Shown here: positions 46,983 through 54,080 of the stretch, in pieces | Position numbering within the stretch: the stretch's first letter is position 1 | How the letters are laid out: each line of letters begins with the position of its first letter | Origin: a virus | Lineage: Duplodnaviria > Heunggongvirae > Uroviricota > Caudoviricetes | Reading direction: 5' to 3' (one strand) | Length of the DNA: 54,080 nt | IMG/VR virus record: IMGVR_UViG_3300028886_000034 | Location: 1 to 54,080 of that record | Translations under genes and position numbers: made by a program | Notes under the pieces: generated by a model | Databases searched by the model: none | Told to the model about the DNA's origin: nothing | What the model saw: the letters and a program-made list of their open reading frames with translations, nothing else

Positions 46983-48871
46983 GGCATACCTACCTTAATA
47001 TCATTCTTAACTACAGAACCCAAAGGAAGTACTTCATTATAAGGGCAATAATCACAAGAAGCCCTCTTATATGAAATAAGCTCAACAAGAGCATCTTTAT
47101 AGGTTTCGTAATCCCAACTACCAGCATACTTAACCATGCTATCAAAGTCAAAGATACCCTTAAGCATAATATCTTTCAGATGAAGTCTGTTTACAAGATT
47201 AATAAGAATTGCTCTTGCTAGTTCATACATAGGCTTATTAACAACTTCCATCATATACCCAGTAGTATTACTCAGCTTTACATCTTTAATATACTTGTTT
47301 TCTCCATACCACAGTACAAAATAAATATCAGTAAGTGCTGAAACTAAGCAAGATGCTTTCTTATTAAGTGTATCCTGATCAAAATCATCCAATATTGAAA
47401 AATCGAAATAAGCAAAGTTAAAATATACTTCATCTGAATTATCTTTTTCATAAGTATGATTCAAAGTAAGGTACTTATCAATAGTCCTAATTCCTCCAAT
47501 ACCTAGCTTATTCTTATTACCCAGAAGTATATTAGTAAGAATATTCATATAAGTATTTCCATACTCTTTTAGTTCAACATTATTAGCAAATAGATCTTGT
47601 CCTTCTACTGAACTCAACTGTAATGCTTTATAAGCAATAGTAATAATATCATTAAAATCTTCATTAGGATGATTCTCATTATACTCATATACCGATGCAA
47701 ACAAAGATGCAGAATAAATCAAAGATGTTGCTGGTGTACAAAGTGCTTCTTTATTAACCAACAGAGTAGGAATTGCTTTAGGATCCAGAATTCCCTTCTT
47801 AGCAATATTATACACTATTGATTTATTTTTAAGTCTTCTATCAACTTTACCAGTTTTAGCCAATACATTAAGTAGATCAAATTTAGTATCTGCATTGATA
47901 TACGTTTCTTTATAGTTTCTTATAACAGCATTATGAAATTTACTAACTTCCATCAATGGCTCTACCACTTCCATATCCTCCTTTGCTAAAATTTTCTTTA
48001 TGTCTACGCTATCAAAACTATCCTTCTTACCTACTTTAACCCCAGTAGTACTTTCAACTACTTCTACAATCTTATCATCAATCTCACTAGTATTATCTAC
48101 TTCAATACTATCAATATCAACCACATCTGTTTTCTTAATTTCTTTTTTAACTTTTTTAACAATATTGTTGTTATTTACTTCTTTCTTTAAATTACTAAAA
48201 TCAATCTCTGGAACTACACACATGGTATCATCAGGATGATACTCTATATCTGATTTAATACTCGGTTTTTCTAAATATCTTAAAATTGATTCAAGTAACA
48301 GATTATTCTTACTAATCTTATCAATAGTGTCTTCAATAACTTTGTATTGATTCTTAGACCTAAACATAAAACTATATACTGAGGCATTTGATGCAAAATT
48401 AGAAAAAAATAGAATCAATGACTTAATCTCTGCTTTAGTTAAATCAATACTAATACTATTCTTATCCTTAATAAAGTTAAACTGATATAATGGTATCCTT
48501 CTTTCATCTGTAACTGGTTTAATCTTCAATGTAATCTTATCAGTTAAAACCTTTTTAAAAATAACCTTATCTACGTACTTTGTAGTTACATACCAGCCAT
48601 CACTTATATCAGTTTTATTGAAATACTCCTTAATAGTACCCTCTTCTGTGTATACTGACATTATACTTGAAAACATAAGGGCATTACTGGGATTTAAAGA
48701 CATCGAATAATTCTTATTATCTGAAATAGATACCATAGGATACACATCTTCAAGATAATGTGTAGTATCATTATACTTAGCATATATTCCTATCTGTATG
48801 TTTAATCTGGATGTAACTCCACTAAAATTTAATGTAAGTTTTCCTTCTTCAATGTCATGCCATTCAAACAT
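46949..48871 (-). CDS. hypothetical protein (640 aa) with charged central linker
   Basis: Start moved to ATG 48871 after AAGGAGGG. Confidence 0.8.
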   Translation of the reverse strand: MFEWHDIEEGKLTLNFSGVTSRLNIQIGIYAKYNDTTHYLEDVYPMVSISDNKNYSMSLNPSNALMFSSIMSVYTEEGTIKEYFNKTDISDGWYVTTKYVDKVIFKKVLTDKITLKIKPVTDERRIPLYQFNFIKDKNSISIDLTKAEIKSLILFFSNFASNASVYSFMFRSKNQYKVIEDTIDKISKNNLLLESILRYLEKPSIKSDIEYHPDDTMCVVPEIDFSNLKKEVNNNNIVKKVKKEIKKTDVVDIDSIEVDNTSEIDDKIVEVVESTTGVKVGKKDSFDSVDIKKILAKEDMEVVEPLMEVSKFHNAVIRNYKETYINADTKFDLLNVLAKTGKVDRRLKNKSIVYNIAKKGILDPKAIPTLLVNKEALCTPATSLIYSASLFASVYEYNENHPNEDFNDIITIAYKALQLSSVEGQDLFANNVELKEYGNTYMNILTNILLGNKNKLGIGGIRTIDKYLTLNHTYEKDNSDEVYFNFAYFDFSILDDFDQDTLNKKASCLVSALTDIYFVLWYGENKYIKDVKLSNTTGYMMEVVNKPMYELARAILINLVNRLHLKDIMLKGIFDFDSMVKYAGSWDYETYKDALVELISYKRASCDYCPYNEVLPLGSVVKNDIKVGMPCFNYSQVISD

Positions 48872-48893
48872 TTTTATCCCTCCTTTAAGTGGG

Positions 48894-48922
48894 AGTATAC
48901 CAGACAAAAAGAAAAGTGTCAA
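48894..48922 (-). promoter_or_regulatory. sigma70-type promoter
   Basis: TTGACA-17 nt-TATACT with TG extension, upstream of 48871. Confidence 0.8.
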
Positions 48923-48987
48923 GACTGAACTAAAAGAAACCTACACCCTGATGAATTTACAAGGTATAGGCATTTAAGCCTTACATT

Positions 48988-49227
48988 TTACTCGTCCTCA
49001 AGCTCGTACCACGGGAGCCCCTCAAACACATTCTCAGGATACGGACCGCATACCTGAAAAATCTTCACCTGAGAGCCGTCAAGCACTTTACAAGTACGAT
49101 CCCAATCCGGATTCCCCACAAACATCAGGTAGGAAACTCGCTGAGCAGCCTCAAGGGGTGAAGTCGCGAGAACGGTGAACCGACGCAGCTCACCGTTCTT
49201 GTAATACACTACTGCCATTTTCTTCAT
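48988..49227 (-). CDS. small hypothetical protein, GC-rich cassette
   Basis: ORF track; SD AGGGAGG. Confidence 0.7.
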   Translation of the reverse strand: MKKMAVVYYKNGELRRFTVLATSPLEAAQRVSYLMFVGNPDWDRTCKVLDGSQVKIFQVCGPYPENVFEGLPWYELEDE

Positions 49228-49251
49228 ACCAATGCCTCCCTTTAGGACTGT

Positions 49252-49578
49252 TTAATTCCAGCCATCCAGCCAATGCCACCGCTTACCGCTATCAAGCTGA
49301 ATAGTGTCGATAGCAACCTCAACACCATTCAGCTTGAGCTCATCAAGCAACAGGGAAAAATCACGTTCGGTGTTTTCCCTTCCATCGAACTCAATGAGAA
49401 AGGCCTTATACAACCCATTCGGATTGTACACCTTCAAAACGGTGTTACCACTTTCGAAATTGTGACTAACTGTAAACCGAAATCCAGCAATCGCCACTTC
49501 GTTGGTTCCCTCAAAAGAGAGAACCTTCTCAAAACGACGAATACCATTTGCAAATACCACTTTCACGCTTTTAATCAT
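49252..49578 (-). CDS. small hypothetical protein, GC-rich cassette
   Basis: ORF track; SD AGGAGGT. Confidence 0.7.
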   Translation of the reverse strand: MIKSVKVVFANGIRRFEKVLSFEGTNEVAIAGFRFTVSHNFESGNTVLKVYNPNGLYKAFLIEFDGRENTERDFSLLLDELKLNGVEVAIDTIQLDSGKRWHWLDGWN

Positions 49579-49590
49579 GTATATTACCTC

Positions 49591-49938
49591 CTACTTATTC
49601 AAAAAATCCTTCAAGGTGATTGGCTCATCACCCGAAGCCCTCCGAATCCTCTCCGCTTCCCACTCTTTCAGGTACTTTTCCCCCTCCTCAGGAAGAAGTA
49701 CTCCTCCCTCCGCCCACTGAAGCATAGCTCGAACAGGCATGCCATGCCCCCGGTCAAAATCGTTAAGCACAACGAGGCCCAAATTACCATTCTGAAACTC
49801 GTAGTACCCTTCGATTTTAAACAACTGCTGCATCATCTGAAGCAGCTCATGACCCTTGAACTCTTCACCGTCAAGAATAATGCTATCGGAAGCAAGGAAC
49901 ATTTTTTTCAAAAATTTTTTAAGTTTTGTCATATCCAT
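49591..49938 (-). CDS. hypothetical protein, first gene left of the origin-like region, GC-rich
   Basis: ORF track; SD GGGAGT. Confidence 0.7.
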   Translation of the reverse strand: MDMTKLKKFLKKMFLASDSIILDGEEFKGHELLQMMQQLFKIEGYYEFQNGNLGLVVLNDFDRGHGMPVRAMLQWAEGGVLLPEEGEKYLKEWEAERIRRASGDEPITLKDFLNK

Positions 49939-50066
49939 TATATCTACTCCCTTGTATGAAAGAATATTTATAAAATCATCCTACAATAGTAGGTTATTTT
50001 AATAACCCTGTCTTTAATAAAAGACAAAGGACTCTTATATAATATATATGCAAATTTCATCTCAAG

Positions 50067-50457
50067 TTATCCACATACTTATCCACATATCCACAACCGC
50101 CTCAAACAGTTTTTATATTTAACTATCTATAATTTAAACTTATTTAATGTATACTAATATCTTTAAACTAGTTTTAATCTAAAAATTACAGATGCATACA
50201 ATTCAGTCAAAAGTTATCCACAATGTAAACTATAACGCTGCATTCACAGAATATTCAGGCAATATTACGCTACCTCAGTATTCTCAATGGCTTAAGCCAT
50301 GTTTTATAGTATATGATATAAAATATTATATTTTATGACCCATGCAACCTAAAAATAGGTTATCCACAGAGTTATCCACAGAGTTATCCACCGTTTATGT
50401 TTAGTAACAAAAACGCAACCATCGTAGCACATAACTTTCAAAAGAGAGTTATCCACC
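50067..50457 (+). promoter_or_regulatory. cluster of 8 co-oriented DnaA boxes; putative replication origin or DnaA-titrating locus
   Basis: Perfect TTATCCACA at 50067, 50079, 50214, 50360, 50372; one-mismatch copies at 50087, 50384, 50449; AT-rich stretch about 50105-50190 between groups; non-coding. Confidence 0.85.
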
Positions 50458-50499
50458 GTTTTACCATTTCCCTACTACTATAAAAAAATATATAATAAT

Positions 50500-50545
50500 A
50501 GAGAGTAAGGAGTCGTCTTTTCAAGACGACGACTCCTTACTCTCT
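50500..50545. repeat. 18-bp perfect inverted repeat (hairpin/cruciform)
   Basis: AGAGAGTAAGGAGTCGTC / GACGACTCCTTACTCTCT with a 10-nt loop. Confidence 0.9.
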
Positions 50546-50852
50546 TACTGAAAGTTAAACTATTATTTTTTTTTTTTCAAGTTAAAACCTAATAAATAAT
50601 TACCAAGGACTTAAATTTTACCCTCTTGACAAAATGAAAGAGTTATGTAAAATGATTACTGAAAGCTAAATTTTTATTAAGCAAAACAAAATTAAATTCT
50701 GATAAAAGAACAAGCTTCAGCAAAGACTTTTAAAATCAAATATAAAATTTTATTCAAAAGGTCAAAAATCTGATTTGGGGGTAAACCCACTGAATTGACC
50801 CAGCTGAAAAAATTTAATTCTTATAATTTTCTTCGAAAAATTAATTTTATAC

Positions 50853-50881
50853 TTGACAAAATATTTTAGTTATGCTTTAAT
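50853..50881 (+). promoter_or_regulatory. sigma70-type promoter for the rightward genes
   Basis: TTGACA-17 nt-TTTAAT with TG extension. Confidence 0.65.
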
Positions 50882-50915
50882 ATAACCAGAAACTAAGATT
50901 TTAAAAATAAGGAGT

Positions 50916-51272
50916 GTGTATTTACACATGCAAGAATACAAGCTTTTATTCGGTTATGCCCAAGGGACAGATGAGCATTTAGGCACGGTCATAGATGAAA
51001 CTTCAGAATTTTATATTATGAAAAAGCTGAAGACATTTATGAAACAGCCTACACCTCAAGGGTTAGCAGCTGCAATTGTCCCGTTTATGTTAAGCAGCGC
51101 ATTGAGTAGTACAGATGCACCAGTTAAAATTTATAAAAATCAAATTGGCTGGTCTATAGATGAAAAAGATATTGATCAGGGTATCTTAAATGAGTATATC
51201 CAAGCTACCACAGGTTTAACAGTAGCTACATCCTCCGCAGCTACCAAATCTGGGTTATTAGTTGCGCATTAA
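50916..51272 (+). CDS. hypothetical protein (possibly Sm/SH3-like fold)
   Basis: ORF track; SD AAGGAG; start GTG 50916 or ATG 50928. Confidence 0.65.
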   Translation: MYLHMQEYKLLFGYAQGTDEHLGTVIDETSEFYIMKKLKTFMKQPTPQGLAAAIVPFMLSSALSSTDAPVKIYKNQIGWSIDEKDIDQGILNEYIQATTGLTVATSSAATKSGLLVAH

Positions 51273-51527
51273 ATGAATATTGAAAGCCTTCCTGCTTATA
51301 ATAATATAAACTTATTTGATACAGATTTAAGTCAGCTTAATATAAAGGACCCTGATACTTTATACTGTAGGATAAAATCAAATTTACAGTCATTAATTGA
51401 TTTATACAGTGTATATGACCCATATAATCCAGATATAAATAAGTTAAGTAATCTTTTAGATAAGATTTATGAATTACATGAAAACTGTAATTTAGATGTT
51501 ATGGAGGATTACAGTGATGGATACTAA
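51273..51527 (+). CDS. small acidic hypothetical protein
   Basis: ORF track. Confidence 0.6.
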   Translation: MNIESLPAYNNINLFDTDLSQLNIKDPDTLYCRIKSNLQSLIDLYSVYDPYNPDINKLSNLLDKIYELHENCNLDVMEDYSDGY

Positions 51528-52929
51528 AAGATCCAGTTTTTTATTAGTACATTTATTCAATACAGATCTTAGTTCTAATAAATCTACTTTTAAAACTTTA
51601 TTTAGTTCAATAGTTAATACTGGTAATAACGTTAATCTGGTTGTTAATAGCTTAAACAAATTAGGTAATGATATTATCAAGATTAAAGGTGATATGTATA
51701 ATCTTATTAACAGATCATCGAATAACAGTTTCTTTAGGAATACCGTTTTAATTGGAGCTAATAATACTAACGAATCCAATTTAGTTAATAAAGATAATAT
51801 TTTATATCTATTAGTAAGTGGCATTCCTAAACAAAAAATTGCCTCTGATCGATTTGAAGAAGTTGATATAAAGTCTTTAGATCAATTAGATATGTACATT
51901 CAGGCTCATAGAAATTCTGATCAATTTAAAGAAGTTGATATAAAAACTTTATTAGATCAATTGGATATGTACATTCAAGCTCATAGAAATAATATTTTAA
52001 TGGGCTTAGAAGAAGTACTGAAGAATACTACTGGTAACTTTTCAATAGTTTTATATGAAGCACCTGCCAATAACATTTATCTATTTAACAGTAATAGAAC
52101 TAGTTATGTTCATATAGATGACCAATCTATATTCATTAGTTCCGATAATATACCATCTACAGAGTATCAATTAAATAGCTCTTCTAATATTGAAAACAGG
52201 ACAGTTTATACTATTAAGATCGATGGTAGATTTGCTTTTAAACAAATCTATATTGATGATCCAATTAGTATTAATAATAAGTATGTTTTAACTTGTAATT
52301 ATGATGGCAGTATAGAATCTTTTATTTTACCATATTTAGTTAATGAACTTTATCATCCGATCAAGATTAATATCAATGACTATAATTGTATAGGTGAAGA
52401 TGAATTTACATTATTAACGGAATCATTCAATATAGATACTTTTAATATTGTAAATGCACCATTATTAAAAGAGCACTTATTAAACCCTCTTTTTCATCAG
52501 TTTAAAGTAAACTATATTGACTATACTAACGATTTAGATGAGATTGATTTATATACTCATTTAACCAGATTTAATAAAGGTTCTACCTATACCCCAGTAT
52601 TTAAGAATCTTCAATCTGAAGAGATATTGCTATTAGGGTTATATTTGAATATACCCTTTATGAAGTTTAAATCTAAATGTGAGCACTTTCATAGAGATAC
52701 GTTTGGCAATTATACTCTTTGTGGTGAATGTGATGAATGTAAAGAGCTGTATACTAGATTTGCTAAGTTAGGTTTCACATTAGAGAATATGCCTATTAGA
52801 TTTAATAATCAAACTGAATTAGATAAGCTTAAAGTAAAAGGTATCAAAAATAATGCCTTATTAGATAATGAAAAATATTTAGCTCTTAGGAGTAAGTTAG
52901 TTGAGGTTTTCCCATATGACAATCGTTAA
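51517..52929 (+). CDS. degenerate class II glutamine amidotransferase + QueC-like fusion protein
   Basis: N-part GNFSIVLY...IYLF...IFISSD is Ntn-GATase-like; C-part TPVF..L..EEILLLGLYLNIPF...C...CGECDEC...F.KLG...P..F is QueC-like; the SGGxDS PP-loop reads YDGSIES; no N-terminal Cys; start ATG 51517 after GGAGG. Confidence 0.7.
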   Translation: MDTKRSSFLLVHLFNTDLSSNKSTFKTLFSSIVNTGNNVNLVVNSLNKLGNDIIKIKGDMYNLINRSSNNSFFRNTVLIGANNTNESNLVNKDNILYLLVSGIPKQKIASDRFEEVDIKSLDQLDMYIQAHRNSDQFKEVDIKTLLDQLDMYIQAHRNNILMGLEEVLKNTTGNFSIVLYEAPANNIYLFNSNRTSYVHIDDQSIFISSDNIPSTEYQLNSSSNIENRTVYTIKIDGRFAFKQIYIDDPISINNKYVLTCNYDGSIESFILPYLVNELYHPIKININDYNCIGEDEFTLLTESFNIDTFNIVNAPLLKEHLLNPLFHQFKVNYIDYTNDLDEIDLYTHLTRFNKGSTYTPVFKNLQSEEILLLGLYLNIPFMKFKSKCEHFHRDTFGNYTLCGECDECKELYTRFAKLGFTLENMPIRFNNQTELDKLKVKGIKNNALLDNEKYLALRSKLVEVFPYDNR

Positions 52930-53116
52930 AAACTTTATTGGTATGCATATCTATAAGGTAATCTTTGGACTATTTTCAGTATTTTTTATAGTACTGTTAT
53001 CTCCAATTTTAGCTTTAGCAATAGCATATGTTTTATTTGGTGATTCTAGATATCTTGAATATATCAATCCAAATACTAATGGTTTATTTGAAGAAGAAGA
53101 AGGTGATCAAGATTAG
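52916..53116 (+). CDS. small membrane protein
   Basis: Hydrophobic; ATG 52916 after GAGGT. Confidence 0.65.
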   Translation: MTIVKNFIGMHIYKVIFGLFSVFFIVLLSPILALAIAYVLFGDSRYLEYINPNTNGLFEEEEGDQD

Positions 53117-53369
53117 TAGCATTATATTTGAAGCATTACTTTTTACTAGTGCAACTCTTATGGGAATCTTATTCTTTAAAATGGGTAGATCACTTATTCT
53201 AAAGAAAAGAGATTATATGGATCAAATTCAGATGTATTTGATAACACTTTTACTTTTAGCTATATCTGGGTTTGATCTGAATCCTATTAATTATGATGTG
53301 TACATGTATTTAAGTATTTGTCTATTAGGATCTTCACCTTATTATTTAGATATTGCAAAGGAGACTTAG
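53112..53369 (+). CDS. small multi-TM membrane protein
   Basis: Hydrophobic; likely ATT start 5 nt after AAGGTGA. Confidence 0.55.
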   Translation: MSSIIFEALLFTSATLMGILFFKMGRSLILKKRDYMDQIQMYLITLLLLAISGFDLNPINYDVYMYLSICLLGSSPYYLDIAKET

Positions 53370-53372
53370 ACT

Positions 53373-53564
53373 ATGTTTAAAAAAGTTGTATCATATATCC
53401 CTGAATTCTTTATCTTCACTCCAGCAGTTCTTTTTGTTTTAGCGTTTATTACCAATAATGCATTTATCACTAATCTCTTCTATGATATTTATTGGTGGTG
53501 TGTGTTTGGAGTGGTTCTTGCTACTAATGATCTTCTTATCAATAAATTGAAAAATTTCTTGTGA
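53373..53564 (+). CDS. small two-TM membrane protein
   Basis: ORF track; SD AAGGAG. Confidence 0.65.
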   Translation: MFKKVVSYIPEFFIFTPAVLFVLAFITNNAFITNLFYDIYWWCVFGVVLATNDLLINKLKNFL

Positions 53565-53571
53565 TAGGTAC

Positions 53572-53599
53572 TTGACAAAAAATTTTACTTGTGTATAAT
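53572..53599 (+). promoter_or_regulatory. consensus sigma70 promoter
   Basis: TTGACA-16 nt-TATAAT with TG extension. Confidence 0.8.
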
Positions 53600-53655
53600 C
53601 ATATTTAGAAAGAGGACAGTCCTTTCGATCTTTCATAGCCCTCCTTCATAAATAT

Positions 53656-53695
53656 AGGAAGAAGATCTTTACCTCTTTCTACTTCTTCCTTTTTT
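53656..53695 (+). terminator. intrinsic terminator closing a short (~90 nt) transcript
   Basis: AGGAAGAAG / CTTCTTCCT followed by TTTTT. Confidence 0.65.
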
Positions 53696-53712
53696 AATAT
53701 TTAGAGGTGATT

Positions 53713-53880
53713 ATGATGTCTCCTGAATTAAAGAATAAGGTTAAACTTATTAGAATTATTGAGGATAAGATCTTTAGATGGGAAGACGATATTGGATACA
53801 CTTCTACCAATAAAGAATGTGCTATTGATATTGCAAAAAAGATCTTGGAAAAGTTTGAAATTAACCCATTGACAAAATAA
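53713..53880 (+). CDS. 55-aa hypothetical protein
   Basis: Hand-translated (MMSPELKNKVKLIRII...); SD GAGGTGA. Confidence 0.6.
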   Translation: MMSPELKNKVKLIRIIEDKIFRWEDDIGYTSTNKECAIDIAKKILEKFEINPLTK

Positions 53881-53897
53881 TTTGCTTATGCTAAAGT
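53869..53897 (+). promoter_or_regulatory. sigma70-type promoter overlapping the end of the 55-aa ORF
   Basis: TTGACA-17 nt-TAAAGT with TG extension. Confidence 0.65.
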
Positions 53898-53928
53898 ACT
53901 AATTGCAATGAATCTTACTTAGGAGGAT

Positions 53929-54063
53929 ATGGTTATGGATAATGGTTTTAAGAAGTTGTTTAGGAAAATTGAAATCAATAGTAAGAGGCCTACAGTAATT
54001 CAAGTTTATCCTAAGATGAGAACCTTTAAAGACTTTGAAAAAGAAGTACTTGACAAGAAATAA
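53929..54063 (+). CDS. 44-aa basic hypothetical protein
   Basis: Hand-translated (MVMDNGFKKLFRKIE...); SD AGGAGG. Confidence 0.6.
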   Translation: MVMDNGFKKLFRKIEINSKRPTVIQVYPKMRTFKDFEKEVLDKK

Positions 54064-54077
54064 ATCTTGTGTATAAT
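54050..54077 (+). promoter_or_regulatory. consensus sigma70 promoter, near-copy of 53572-53599
   Basis: TACTTGACA-16 nt-TATAATCAT, sharing CTTGTGTATAATCAT with the upstream copy. Confidence 0.8.
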
Positions 54078-54080
54078 CAT

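Noticed and set aside
50359-50392. CRISPR array or iteron repeat
   Set aside because: 12-bp tandem units without spacers; better explained as DnaA boxes. I saw no repeat-spacer array anywhere, and the Cas4-like gene has no cas neighbours
53439-53636. 65-aa minus-strand ORF with an AAGGAGG SD
   Set aside because: SD is only 3 nt from the ATG, the ORF is antisense to a good plus-strand gene and promoter, and no minus-strand promoter is evident; cannot be fully excluded
1-54080. Alternative genetic code (stop-codon reassignment, known in some gut jumbo phages)
   Set aside because: Conserved genes (gyrB, recA, SNF2, nrdG, clamp loader) are full length under code 11; TAA, TAG and TGA all occur as apparent true stops; no suppressor tRNA in the window

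Overview
AT-rich, densely coding segment of a large (jumbo-type) tailed dsDNA phage. The strong AGGAGG/GAGGTGA Shine-Dalgarno sites and TTGACA/TG-TATAAT promoters suggest a Bacillota-like anaerobic host; a spanin-like gene pair hints at a diderm one (inference). From left to right: type II topoisomerase A (cut by the window edge) and B genes separated by about 4.3 kb of unknown ORFs, including a GC-rich cassette; a rightward block (SNF2 helicase, tail-collar protein, tail-fibre-associated protein, a possible phiKZ gp68/AR9 gp226-like RNA polymerase specificity subunit); about 20 small leftward accessory genes including an orphan HicB; a tail-fibre/adhesin/lysis region with two DUF285/BspA-like repeat proteins and a GH108 endolysin; class III ribonucleotide reductase (nrdD split by an ORF-less group I intron, nrdG, glutaredoxin); RecA/UvsX; tRNA-Arg(UCU); and a T4-like replication block (resolvase, neck protein, RNase H/FEN, clamp, primase, clamp loader, Cas4-like nuclease). 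A roughly 1 kb non-coding divergence point carries a cluster of co-oriented DnaA boxes and a long inverted repeat, and looks like an origin. A degenerate GATase-QueC fusion and small promoter-led genes follow. The strongest leads are the DnaA-box origin, the group I intron that appears to end in A rather than G, the apparently catalytically dead GAT-QueC, a repeated 46-bp dif-like/promoter element, recurrent AUA/AUU start codons, and two candidate ncRNAs. All protein family calls come from motif recognition by eye; no database searches were run.
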